The notes beneath the pieces are model-generated. The model ran no database searches. It was not told the DNA's origin and saw only the letters and a program-made list of their open reading frames with translations. From Patescibacteria group bacterium (GTDB taxonomy: Bacteria > Patescibacteriota > Microgenomatia > UBA12405), in the NCBI GenBank assembly GCA_023380755.1, contig JAMCSD010000004.1, positions 1 through 36,577 on the forward strand: DNA of 36,577 nt, given 5' to 3'. Both the position numbers and the translations under genes were made by a program. Each line of letters opens with the position of its first letter. Positions within the stretch are counted from its first letter, which is position 1. Positions 17,899 through 27,936 of this stretch are shown one piece after another.

Positions 17899-18402
17899 AT
17901 GGATGCTTTTTACAAGAAATATCGTTTAGGAGTGCAAAAATTCGTGGCAACACGAGTGGACAATGTCCAGGATGCCGAAGAGCTAGTGAACGATATTTTA
18001 CTGGCGGCTTACAATTCACAGCCTTATTTTGACGGAAGAGCGGCCGAATTTACCTGGATCTGCTCGATCGCCAAACATAAAATAATCGATTATTATCGGA
18101 AAAAACGGATAAAAACAGTACTATTTTCAGTGAATCCGGTTTTTGAAGAAATCGCGGATAAAGCGTTGGGGCCAGAAGAAGAAAGCCTGAAAGAAGAGCT
18201 AAAAGAAGAAATCAAGGGAGTGATGCAAGATTTGGGCGAAGGATATCGAGAATTGCTCCGACTTAAATATATAGACAGGCTATCAATGAAGCAAATTGCT
18301 CTCCGCCTAAAGCTGACAGTGAAAGCAGTAGAGTCAAAGCTAATGAGAGCCAAAAAAGCATTCAGATCATCATGGCAATACTCAAACGTAGCAAAAAAAT
18401 AG
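17899..18402 (+). CDS. ECF-type RNA polymerase sigma factor
   Basis: DAEELVNDI and FTWICSIAKHKIIDYYRK (region 2); C-terminal HTH with AVESKLMRAK (region 4). Start at ATG 17899 after an extended -10 (TGcTACAGT). Confidence 0.9.
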   Translation: MDAFYKKYRLGVQKFVATRVDNVQDAEELVNDILLAAYNSQPYFDGRAAEFTWICSIAKHKIIDYYRKKRIKTVLFSVNPVFEEIADKALGPEEESLKEELKEEIKGVMQDLGEGYRELLRLKYIDRLSMKQIALRLKLTVKAVESKLMRAKKAFRSSWQYSNVAKK

Positions 18403-18740
18403 TCAAGATTTCGGGACTGCTGTTAATCCGACAGGCTTGGGGGCTGCTGTGTAATTTGTATTTATTGACATACCAACCATTTTTAACTTTACGGACGATT
18501 CGGGCCCACCATGATAGGTCGCAAGTAATACTCTTGGCCATGACGGCTATTTCGCCGGCAGCTGCCTACTTGGCCGCCCGAGCGGTACTGGATATTCTCT
18601 GGTACGGTCAGTGGCAATATAACGTGGGAGCAGTGTTTGTGCTGACCGCATTAATAGAAATTGGTATTTTGGGATATTTGGGATACTGGACTTTGGAAGT
18701 TATCAGAAAAAATCATAAGGACCAGTTTAGAGAGGAATAA
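18372..18740 (+). CDS. Small membrane protein, 2-3 TM segments
   Basis: Hydrophobic segments; overlaps the sigma gene stop. Confidence 0.65.
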   Translation: MAILKRSKKIVKISGLLLIRQAWGLLCNLYLLTYQPFLTLRTIRAHHDRSQVILLAMTAISPAAAYLAARAVLDILWYGQWQYNVGAVFVLTALIEIGILGYLGYWTLEVIRKNHKDQFREE

Positions 18741-18741
18741 A

Positions 18742-19224
18742 ATGCCAGAAGTAGCCAGATTTTGGAGAATTCAAGCCCAGTTGCGACGGCTGGTCGGAGA
18801 AGAATGCCAAAATTGTGAGGAAAAAATATTTCCGCCACGAGACCTGTGCCCCCGATGCAGCCAAGAAAGCGGAACTACACTGCAACTTATTTTGAAAAGC
18901 GAGGGGGTTTATACCCACAAAGAAGAGAAGCAGGAAAAACTATCAAAGGAAACTTTATTGGGAATGGTAAGCGGCTACAAAGATGAAGCAGTCAGACGAA
19001 GGGTACTGACCCATTATGTGGAACAATTCAGTGATAAGTTGCCCCAAAAGCAAGCGGACCGAATGGTGTTATATTGTTTGTGCGATGCGGATATTGATTT
19101 GCTGCGCTGGAAGGGAGAAGAATGGGATGAGAGATTATTAGAAGAGAGGAGAAAAGAAAGCAGCAGTAAAATAAAGCAGCATGGAAGCAAAGAGGCGGGT
19201 GTTGATGATTACGGGTCTAAATAA
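18742..19224 (+). CDS. Zn-ribbon protein (DUF35_N-like N-terminus) with unrelated helical C-terminus
   Basis: MPEVARFWR...LVGEECQNC...FPPRDLCPRC; start at ATG 18742 right after the upstream stop. Confidence 0.7.
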   Translation: MPEVARFWRIQAQLRRLVGEECQNCEEKIFPPRDLCPRCSQESGTTLQLILKSEGVYTHKEEKQEKLSKETLLGMVSGYKDEAVRRRVLTHYVEQFSDKLPQKQADRMVLYCLCDADIDLLRWKGEEWDERLLEERRKESSSKIKQHGSKEAGVDDYGSK

Positions 19225-19762
19225 TCCCACCTGGCAGATGTGGCCGATCGTCAAGTGGTGGCAAATGAGTGGTTTTAGAGTGCAGGTTTTTGACCCAAAA
19301 TGGAAAAATGGCCGACCATTTGGGATAAAATTTAGGCGACTGTTAAAATTAATTGACCAAGTGGAGGAAGATAAATTATCCCTGGTGGGGATTAGCGCCG
19401 GAGGGAGTGCCGCTTTAAACGCATATGGGGTGCGACGAGATAAAATTAACCGAGTGGTGACGATTTGCAGCCAGCTGCGCCGCAGCCGGATTTTTGAAAA
19501 CAGAACGCTAAAACAGAGCCGGGCATTTCGGCAGTCGGTGACGAGACTAGAAAAAAGGGAGGATAAATGGGAAGAAGAAGATTTAAAAAATATAATGACA
19601 GTCCGAAGTATGCTCGGCGACGAGTTGGTGCCACTGGATACGGCGGCAATGCGGGGAGCGAAAAATATGATGGTTCCGACCGGAGAACATGTGTTTAGCA
19701 TTTTTGGGGCATTAACTCTTTTTAGCGCCCCAATTAGGCAGTTTATGCGAGTGAACCCATGA
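19181..19762 (+). CDS. Alpha/beta-fold serine hydrolase
   Basis: ITGL oxyanion strand, GISAG nucleophile elbow, GDELVP (Asp), GEH (His). Confidence 0.75.
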   Translation: MEAKRRVLMITGLNNPTWQMWPIVKWWQMSGFRVQVFDPKWKNGRPFGIKFRRLLKLIDQVEEDKLSLVGISAGGSAALNAYGVRRDKINRVVTICSQLRRSRIFENRTLKQSRAFRQSVTRLEKREDKWEEEDLKNIMTVRSMLGDELVPLDTAAMRGAKNMMVPTGEHVFSIFGALTLFSAPIRQFMRVNP

Positions 19763-20568
19763 AACTGCTGTCGTATAACATTTTGTGTGGAGGATTTAAG
19801 TCATACACTGATGAGGCTATGTATCCGAAAAGATTACCAGAGCTGGCGGCGGCGGTGAAGTCGGCCAGGGCGGACTGGGTGGCACTGATTGACACCTATA
19901 GATGGAAAAGGATTTTTACTGAGAAGGAAATTGGAGAGCACTTTGGCTACCAAAAGGTATTTAGTATCGACCTAAACGATGGGAGAATGAAAAATTTTGA
20001 GGCAGACAGTGGAATAACAGTAATGACTAATTTCGAGCAGGTAATATTCCAAACAGTGAGACTGGATAACTGCCAAGCAATAAAAACGGAGATCAGGGAA
20101 GAAGAAAAAACCTGGGAAATTTTTGCGGTGTATTTGGAAGTGGTAGAAGAGGAAATAAGAAAAGCCCAAATTAAGGCTTTACTGCAATTAGTCGACCCCA
20201 AAAAAGCGACAATCTTAATCGGAGATTTTAACAGCATTGACGGGAAAGACCTTTCTTGGCCAACTAAATGCTTGCTGCGCAGTGGAGCAAAAGTAATTGG
20301 GGATAGAACATTTAAACGAGCCATACCTGAAATGATGCGCGGAGAAGGAACGGCATTAATAAAAGCGCAAGGATTTCAAGATGCAGATCCAAAAAGGCGG
20401 CCAACAATTCCGAGTAAATTATTTGTTCTCCCCATCCCCTTCCCTTTATTGCGTCTGGATTATGGTTTTTATAACCAGAGGGTGAAGCCAATTAATTTTG
20501 AAGTACTGCGGGGACCATTGTTTGAAAAAACATCAGATCATTATCCGATACTCTGGGAAGTAAAATAA
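19759..20568 (+). CDS. Endonuclease/exonuclease/phosphatase (EEP) family protein
   Basis: SYNI, GDFNS, RLDY and SDHYPI motifs. Confidence 0.88.
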   Translation: MKLLSYNILCGGFKSYTDEAMYPKRLPELAAAVKSARADWVALIDTYRWKRIFTEKEIGEHFGYQKVFSIDLNDGRMKNFEADSGITVMTNFEQVIFQTVRLDNCQAIKTEIREEEKTWEIFAVYLEVVEEEIRKAQIKALLQLVDPKKATILIGDFNSIDGKDLSWPTKCLLRSGAKVIGDRTFKRAIPEMMRGEGTALIKAQGFQDADPKRRPTIPSKLFVLPIPFPLLRLDYGFYNQRVKPINFEVLRGPLFEKTSDHYPILWEVK

Positions 20569-20628
20569 GGAGAGAATTTGATCTCCAAAATAAAAGATTT
20601 AGCCAAAGAATAAAGGAAACAGGAAGTG

Positions 20629-20699
20629 AGACCCGGATGGGAGTTGAACCCATCTGAACGGTTTTGCAGACCGCTGTCTAACCGCTTGACTACCGGGTC
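20629..20699 (-). tRNA. tRNA-Cys(GCA), CCA not encoded
   Basis: Acceptor GACCCGG/CCGGGTC, anticodon arm GCGGT-CTGCAAA-ACCGT, T-loop GTTCAAC, discriminator U. Confidence 0.93.
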
Positions 20700-20749
20700 A
20701 AAAGAGGACGTGGCCTATTGTAACAATAAAATTTACGAGAAGCATTAGG

Positions 20750-21490
20750 CTAGAGTTTGTGAGAAGAACTACCCATACGGACGAATTTTACAGGGGTTTG
20801 GCAAGACTGCCGGATCTGGCGAGACATGGTCCGGTCAATGTCGGCATCACCAAAGTAATACACGAGATCAGGAGGAGAGGATAGGTTGTTAACCAGCTCC
20901 AAAAAATTGGCGACGGGATCAGCAGAAGTTTTGCCACTTTGGACATGGAGCTTGCTGACCCAATTATCTTCGAGCTTAAAGTCACCCAAATGAGCGATGC
21001 GCTCCTCATGGCGGGGGCGGATCAAAGGAAAATGGCGGGTAAGTAAGGCCCAAAGCTCCTCGGGTACGCCAAGAGGCGGCGTGTCGGCCACAGGAATGCG
21101 GCCAGTAAAAATTTCGGCCACAGCGGAGGCGCGGGTAACTTCATGAATAAACCGGTAACCAGCCCGAAAGTCGGTACGACGAGCATCAGCGGAAAGGTAG
21201 GGAGTAAAAGGATAAGGAAAAACTGAGCCATCAAGATCCATCAGGCTAACGATGTGGGGTGGCTGACCGGCGGCAAGCTGCCGGGCGAGGCGGCATTCAT
21301 AAGGATTAATTTCCAAGGTAGTGTGGGAAAGCCGGGGATTAAGGAGGGGTAAAATCGTCGCCCCAAGGGCGTGGTGTAAGGTTTCCTGATGGGTACGTTC
21401 AGCAACCATGATTTCCCATTCGGAGTTAGAGCTAACGGGAGCATGGTCGATGGCAGGAAAAAGTTCGACGGAAGAAGAGACTTCGGACAT
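20750..21490 (-). CDS. HAD-superfamily-like hydrolase with N-terminal extension
   Basis: LMDLDGS (motif I), FTGR (motif II), YFGDADID (motif IV). Confidence 0.6.
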   Translation of the reverse strand: MSEVSSSVELFPAIDHAPVSSNSEWEIMVAERTHQETLHHALGATILPLLNPRLSHTTLEINPYECRLARQLAAGQPPHIVSLMDLDGSVFPYPFTPYLSADARRTDFRAGYRFIHEVTRASAVAEIFTGRIPVADTPPLGVPEELWALLTRHFPLIRPRHEERIAHLGDFKLEDNWVSKLHVQSGKTSADPVANFLELVNNLSSPPDLVYYFGDADIDRTMSRQIRQSCQTPVKFVRMGSSSHKL

Positions 21491-21506
21491 GTACGCTCAT
21501 GGTAAC

Positions 21507-21536
21507 AAAAAATCCTCCCGGTGACTACCGGGAGGA
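21507..21536 (-). terminator. Intrinsic terminator of groESL
   Basis: 10-bp perfect stem TCCTCCCGGT/ACCGGGAGGA, 4-nt loop, six T on the minus strand, 60 nt after the groEL stop. Confidence 0.85.
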
Positions 21537-21551
21537 GGAGAAATAAACATC

Positions 21552-21580
21552 ACCCCGGTGTCGCAAAGCCTCACCGGGGT
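21552..21580 (-). other. Second GC-rich hairpin in the groEL 3' UTR
   Basis: ACCCCGGTG (21552-21560) pairs with CACCGGGGT (21572-21580); 11-nt loop; no U-tract. Confidence 0.7.
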
Positions 21581-21596
21581 AGTTTCGATGACTCAA

Positions 21597-23258
<1,662 letters not shown>

Positions 23259-23274
23259 TTAGGTTAAATTATAA

Positions 23275-23577
23275 TTATTTAACAATTGCCATAATATCTT
23301 CGAACTTTAAGATAAGGTATTCGACATCATTGACCTTGTATTCTTTGCCACCCCACTCACGATAAACAACGGTATCACCAACAGTGCAAGGAGCAGTTTT
23401 TTTGGTACCATAGTCAGTAACAAAATCAGCACCAACGGCTAAAACCTCGCCTTCTTGAGGTTTTTCTTCGTGGGATTCAGGCAAGACGATGCCAGAAGCA
23501 GTGACTTTTTCTTTTTTCTTGGGTTGAACTAACAAATAACCGGGTACGGGGAGGATGGGTGCAGTCGATTTGGCCAT
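23275..23577 (-). CDS. groS: Co-chaperonin GroES
   Basis: TASGIVLP mobile loop, GEVLAVG, VGDTVVY...GGKEYK; directly upstream of groEL. Confidence 0.97.
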   Translation of the reverse strand: MAKSTAPILPVPGYLLVQPKKKEKVTASGIVLPESHEEKPQEGEVLAVGADFVTDYGTKKTAPCTVGDTVVYREWGGKEYKVNDVEYLILKFEDIMAIVK

Positions 23578-23601
23578 ATATAGTTAGAAAGTAATAAATA
23601 A

Positions 23602-23628
23602 TTATCAGTCTAATAAATTGACTGCTAA
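23602..23628 (-). promoter_or_regulatory. CIRCE-like HrcA operator upstream of groES
   Basis: Minus strand TTAGCAGTC-N9-GACTGATAA (canonical TTAGCACTC-N9-GAGTGCTAA), immediately downstream of a -10 box. Confidence 0.85.
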
Positions 23629-23629
23629 T

Positions 23630-23657
23630 ATTATATCTATGGTTTCGAATCCCGCAA
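23630..23657 (-). promoter_or_regulatory. Housekeeping-sigma promoter of groESL
   Basis: Minus strand TTGCGG-16 nt-TATAAT. Confidence 0.65.
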
Positions 23658-23691
23658 GTAGTTAATTAGTTAGCAGTAGAATCAAATAAGG

Positions 23692-24504
23692 ATGGATTTA
23701 ATTAAAAGCGGCCAGGTTCAAGGCAGTTATTTTTGGTATTTAAAAAACGACCGTTTTATTGGCCAAAGGATTGCGTTGGATAAATATGAACCCTATATAA
23801 CAAAGTTATTTTTGGAATATGCCGAAGAAGAAGGGGCAGCGGCGGATGTAGGGGCTAATATTGGCTATGATACGGTACTTTTGTCCAAGAGGGCGAAAAA
23901 GGTCTATGCCTTTGAACCGGATAAAGACAATTATAAAATACTGGTCAAAAACTTGACGGAAAACACAGTGACCAACGTAGCGGCTTATCAAGCAGCGGTG
24001 GGCAGTAAGGGGGGAGAAATTACTTTATATAAATCAAGGGAAAATTTAGGCGACCACAGGGTGTTCCGGTCAGAAGAACGGAACGGAGAAAAGGTGAGGC
24101 TGGTGAAATTGGACGAAATTATTCTGGAAAGAGTCGGGCTAATTAAAATTGATACCCAAGGATTTGAGCCGGCGGTGATGGAGGGCGCGAAAAATATAAT
24201 ATATCGGGATAGGCCAACAATTTTTTGGGAATATTGGCCGTGGGCTTACAAACAGGCGGGGTTGGATTATCAAAAGATGATTAAATTTTTGGAAGATATC
24301 TACGGGCAAATTTATTATATTGATGAATATATCCAGATCATTCGGAAGGTAGATCAAAAATGGCTGGATAGCCATTTTCCGGAGAATGACGAGAGTAAAC
24401 AAGGGAACTTAATGGTGAGTACGAAATTGGATATTATTAAACAATATAAAGATTTTTGGCCGAAAAAATGGTTGAAAAGGAAACTGGGATATCCCCTCAC
24501 CTAA
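23692..24504 (+). CDS. FkbM family SAM-dependent methyltransferase
   Basis: YEP, DVGANIG, YAFEP, KIDTQGFE and RPTIFWEY motifs. Confidence 0.88.
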   Translation: MDLIKSGQVQGSYFWYLKNDRFIGQRIALDKYEPYITKLFLEYAEEEGAAADVGANIGYDTVLLSKRAKKVYAFEPDKDNYKILVKNLTENTVTNVAAYQAAVGSKGGEITLYKSRENLGDHRVFRSEERNGEKVRLVKLDEIILERVGLIKIDTQGFEPAVMEGAKNIIYRDRPTIFWEYWPWAYKQAGLDYQKMIKFLEDIYGQIYYIDEYIQIIRKVDQKWLDSHFPENDESKQGNLMVSTKLDIIKQYKDFWPKKWLKRKLGYPLT

Positions 24505-24506
24505 GG

Positions 24507-25448
24507 ATGAAACAACGTCAAGAGATAGTGGAGACATTTTGGTACATAGCGGCAGAACGACAAAAGATATTTTTTAATAAACTGCGAGGAATTTGTCCGT
24601 TAACCACGGACCCGATTTTGCGAGAATACAAATTTTGCAATAGTTATCGGGCCTCAGATCGGGTGTCGCAATTTTTAATTAAAAAAGTAATTTACGAAAA
24701 TAATAATTTAAGGGAAGAAGATTTATTGTTACGCATATTACTGTTTCGATTACTGAATAAAAATGAAACTTGGATGGCATTAGAAAATAAAATCGGGATA
24801 ATTACTAAAAATAATTTTAAAAAAGAAAAATTGATTAAAGCGCTGGCTAAAATTTCTCGGGCAAAGGGAGTAATTTATGGCAATGCGTTTATATTGTGTG
24901 CTAATAAATATTTTGGATTTGAAAAAAAATATGAAAATCATTTAGCACTCCTGGAAAAAATATTTAAAGAAAAAATTAACAAAAAAATTTTGGAGGCAAA
25001 AAGTTTACAAGAGTTGTTCGAAATACTTAAAGAACTACCATTGATCGGTGATTTTATGGCGTATCAAATGGCAATTGATTTGAATTACTCCCCTCTTTTT
25101 AATTATGATGAAAATGATTTTGTGGCGGCAGGGCCGGGAGCGAAACGGGGCATCCGAAAATGTTTTGAAAGTTTTGAAGACGAACAAAAAATAATTATGT
25201 GGACGGTGGAAAATCAAGAGAAAGAATTTAAACGCTTGGGGCTTAATTTCCAGGATCTGTGGGGGCGAAAACTGCACGCCATTGACTGCCAGGGGTTGTT
25301 TTGTGAAACGGATAAGTATTGCCGGGTAAAATTCCCGGAATTGAAGAGTAATCGCACCAGAATAAAGACTAAATATCAGCCTGCCAAAGAAAAAATTGAG
25401 TACTTCTACCCACCAAAGTGGGGACTAAATGAACGGATCCGATTATAA
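24507..25448 (+). CDS. aGPT-Pplase1 / 5-hmdU DNA kinase helical-domain-like protein (nucleotide-modification family)
   Basis: Recognised family pattern ERQKIF, DPILREYKFCNSYRASDRVSQ, LFRLLNK, LPLIGDFMAYQMAIDL (HhH-like hairpin), AGPGAKRG, IDCQGLFCETDKY, RIK. Start at ATG 24507, 2 nt after the FkbM stop. Confidence 0.75.
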   Translation: MKQRQEIVETFWYIAAERQKIFFNKLRGICPLTTDPILREYKFCNSYRASDRVSQFLIKKVIYENNNLREEDLLLRILLFRLLNKNETWMALENKIGIITKNNFKKEKLIKALAKISRAKGVIYGNAFILCANKYFGFEKKYENHLALLEKIFKEKINKKILEAKSLQELFEILKELPLIGDFMAYQMAIDLNYSPLFNYDENDFVAAGPGAKRGIRKCFESFEDEQKIIMWTVENQEKEFKRLGLNFQDLWGRKLHAIDCQGLFCETDKYCRVKFPELKSNRTRIKTKYQPAKEKIEYFYPPKWGLNERIRL

Positions 25449-25476
25449 TAGGATACTTAGTGGTTAGCGATAAATC

Positions 25477-26748
25477 ATGTCAAAAATCAAATCCGTCTTT
25501 GCCCGAGAAATTTTAGCCAGCGGCGGAGCGCCGTCGTTGGAAGTGACGGTAACACTGGAAAGTGGCGCCACCGGAGAAGCATCGGTAAGTTACGGAGCGT
25601 CAGCGGGAAGTAAAGAAGCCTACGTGATGGTGGATGGAGATAAATCACGGTACAACGGCAAAGGAATGTTGAAAGCAATTGCCAATATTAACGGAGAAAT
25701 TGCCAAGCTATTGGCCGGACAAGAAGCCAGCAACCAACGGGCAATAGATGAAGCAATGATTAAGGCGGATGGAACGGAAAACAAAAGCCGATTAGGGGGT
25801 AATGCGATGTTGGGAGTATCTTTGGCGATAGCCAGAGCAGAAGCCAATGAAGAAAAAATGCCTTTATATCGGTATTTGAGAAAAACCTACGGTATTGAAG
25901 GAGAAATAATAAAGTTACCCAAACCAATGATTGTGATGATCGAGGGCGGGAAACATGCCGATAACAGTACCGATCTGCAAGAATTTATGGTGGCAACTAT
26001 GGGCGAGCGGCCAGCCAAGGAAAACGTGCGGATGGAAATGGAAATTTATGAGGCAGTTAAAAAACTTTTAAAGGCAGACGGCTTTTCAACCAACGTGGGT
26101 AATGAAGGGGCCTTTGCCCCAGGCGGGATAAAAAGCAACGAGGCGCCGATTCAATACCTAGTAAAAGCGATTGAAGCAGCCGGATACAAACCAGGAATGG
26201 AGGCCGGAGTTTCAATCGATGCGGCCGCTTCGGAGCTGTATAACGAGGAAACGAAGCGATACGCCTTGAAATTGGAAGGGAAAGAATATGCTTCGGAAGA
26301 ATTAATTAATTTCTATTCAGGGTGGATAAATAAATACCCCTTTGTCAGCTGGGAAGATATGCTGTCGGAATTTGACTGGGATAATTGGCCGAAGTTGGTG
26401 GAAGCGATTAACGGTAAATTCCCGTTAATTGCCGATGATCTAACGGTGACTTCTTTAAAATTGTGGAAACAGGCCATTGAAAAGAAGGCAGCGACGGCAA
26501 TTTTGATTAAACTTAACCAAGCGGGAACTTTGACGGAAACAGTCGACTGCTGTTTGCTTGCCCGGGAAAATAATTTCTGGTCAGTCCCCTCCCATCGGGG
26601 CGGCGGGGAAACGAATGATACCTTTATGGTGGACTTAGCGGTGGCGGTGGGGGGTGAATACATTAAAGTCGGGCCGACACGGGGTGAGCGGGTGTGTAAA
26701 TACAACCGGTTGATGCGGATTGAAGAAGAACTAGGAGGGCAACAATAA
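25477..26748 (+). CDS. eno: Enolase
   Basis: GASAG, GGKHAD, QEF, GNEG, DAAASE, WED, ADDL, IKLNQ, SHR, IKVG and KYNRL motifs. Confidence 0.93.
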   Translation: MSKIKSVFAREILASGGAPSLEVTVTLESGATGEASVSYGASAGSKEAYVMVDGDKSRYNGKGMLKAIANINGEIAKLLAGQEASNQRAIDEAMIKADGTENKSRLGGNAMLGVSLAIARAEANEEKMPLYRYLRKTYGIEGEIIKLPKPMIVMIEGGKHADNSTDLQEFMVATMGERPAKENVRMEMEIYEAVKKLLKADGFSTNVGNEGAFAPGGIKSNEAPIQYLVKAIEAAGYKPGMEAGVSIDAAASELYNEETKRYALKLEGKEYASEELINFYSGWINKYPFVSWEDMLSEFDWDNWPKLVEAINGKFPLIADDLTVTSLKLWKQAIEKKAATAILIKLNQAGTLTETVDCCLLARENNFWSVPSHRGGGETNDTFMVDLAVAVGGEYIKVGPTRGERVCKYNRLMRIEEELGGQQ

Positions 26749-27314
26749 TGGCAACGGTCTATCTTTTTCGGCACGGACAATCAGAATTTAATTTGACGAA
26801 AACTTTTACCGGCTGGCTGGATGCTAAACTGACACCCTTAGGAGTGGAACAAGCCAAGGCTTTGGGGGTAATGCTCAAAGATAAGAAAATTGACTTGGCC
26901 TACACCACCCGCCTGTCGCGGGCGGCGGAGACCCTAAAGGAAGTGCTGGCGTACCACCCGGAATGTAAGCAGACAATTGTTGATGACCGAATGATCGAGA
27001 GATCTTATGGCGATTTATCAGGACACACCCATGCGGAAACTATCGAAAAGTACGGCCAAGAACAATTTGATAAATGGCACCGAGGGTGGGCAGATAAGGC
27101 CAATAACGGTGAATCATTTGCCGATGTGGAAGTACGCGTCGGATCATTTATTGAGGATCTGAAAAAACAATATACAGGCAAAGACTTGGGGATAGCCATT
27201 TCAGCTCACGGGAACTCCATCCGATTATTCCGAAAAATAATGGAAAACGCCTCGGTGGAAGAGGTGGTAGCCTGGACAATCCCCTACGATAAATACTTTG
27301 AATATACGATCTGA
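26748..27314 (+). CDS. gpmA: 2,3-BPG-dependent phosphoglycerate mutase (histidine phosphatase family)
   Basis: RHGQSEFN, FTGW, ERSYG and AHGNSIR motifs; TAATG coupling to eno. Confidence 0.85.
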   Translation: MATVYLFRHGQSEFNLTKTFTGWLDAKLTPLGVEQAKALGVMLKDKKIDLAYTTRLSRAAETLKEVLAYHPECKQTIVDDRMIERSYGDLSGHTHAETIEKYGQEQFDKWHRGWADKANNGESFADVEVRVGSFIEDLKKQYTGKDLGIAISAHGNSIRLFRKIMENASVEEVVAWTIPYDKYFEYTI

Positions 27315-27315
27315 A

Positions 27316-27738
27316 TTATTTGTCGCGTAAATAGAAATGGGTCAAGGCTTTGACCAAAACGCCACCAAAAAGCGCGGTCAAAATTACCGGGTCTAAAACG
27401 GCATCAGGATTTTGAGTAACTAGAGCCTTAATGATCATGCCGAAAGCCAGGATGAAAACGATGAACCAGGCAGCATTACGCTCGGCAAGAGCTTCGTGTT
27501 TCTCTTCGCGCTCATCACGCTTGAGGTGGATCATCATATCAAAGACGTCCAACATGATGATGGATACCCAGACCAGGGTGACTGTTTTGATGGTTTCAGG
27601 GCTGAGGCGGAAAATCGCGGTTACCAAGACCAGGGGGAGGACCATCACCAGGATATAGACCCAGCCCTGCCAGGTTTTGGGGGTTAATCCCCAACCGCCC
27701 CATTTGCGAATAGTAAACCAATCCGGATTGCCAATCAT
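27316..27738 (-). CDS. Membrane protein (DUF2178-like)
   Basis: Four TM segments with RDEREEK...AERNA motif, downstream of an XRE HTH gene as is usual for this pairing. Confidence 0.65.
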   Translation of the reverse strand: MIGNPDWFTIRKWGGWGLTPKTWQGWVYILVMVLPLVLVTAIFRLSPETIKTVTLVWVSIIMLDVFDMMIHLKRDEREEKHEALAERNAAWFIVFILAFGMIIKALVTQNPDAVLDPVILTALFGGVLVKALTHFYLRDK

Positions 27739-27743
27739 AGTTT

Positions 27744-27935
27744 TTAGTTAAAAATAAATAATTCTTCAATAGAAGTCCCCAGAACTTTAGCCACATCATG
27801 GGCTAATTGGAGCGAAGGGTTATATTTCCCGGCTTCCAAAAAGACAATGGTTTCGCGCCGGACGCCAACTTTATCGGCCAAATCCGATTGGGTTAAGTTG
27901 TGGCGGGCACGAAATTCTTTGATTTTGGTGCGCAT
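27744..27935 (-). CDS. XRE/Cro-C1 family HTH regulator
   Basis: 63 aa, [29 protein letters not shown]. Confidence 0.92.
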   Translation of the reverse strand: MRTKIKEFRARHNLTQSDLADKVGVRRETIVFLEAGKYNPSLQLAHDVAKVLGTSIEELFIFN

Positions 27936-27936
27936 A

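Noticed and set aside
23670-23696. TTAGCAGTA half-site next to the FkbM -10 box
   Set aside because: No matching right arm after 9 nt, so not a complete CIRCE.
24942-24950. Perfect canonical CIRCE half-site TTAGCACTC
   Set aside because: Inside a CDS and lacks the second arm; likely chance.
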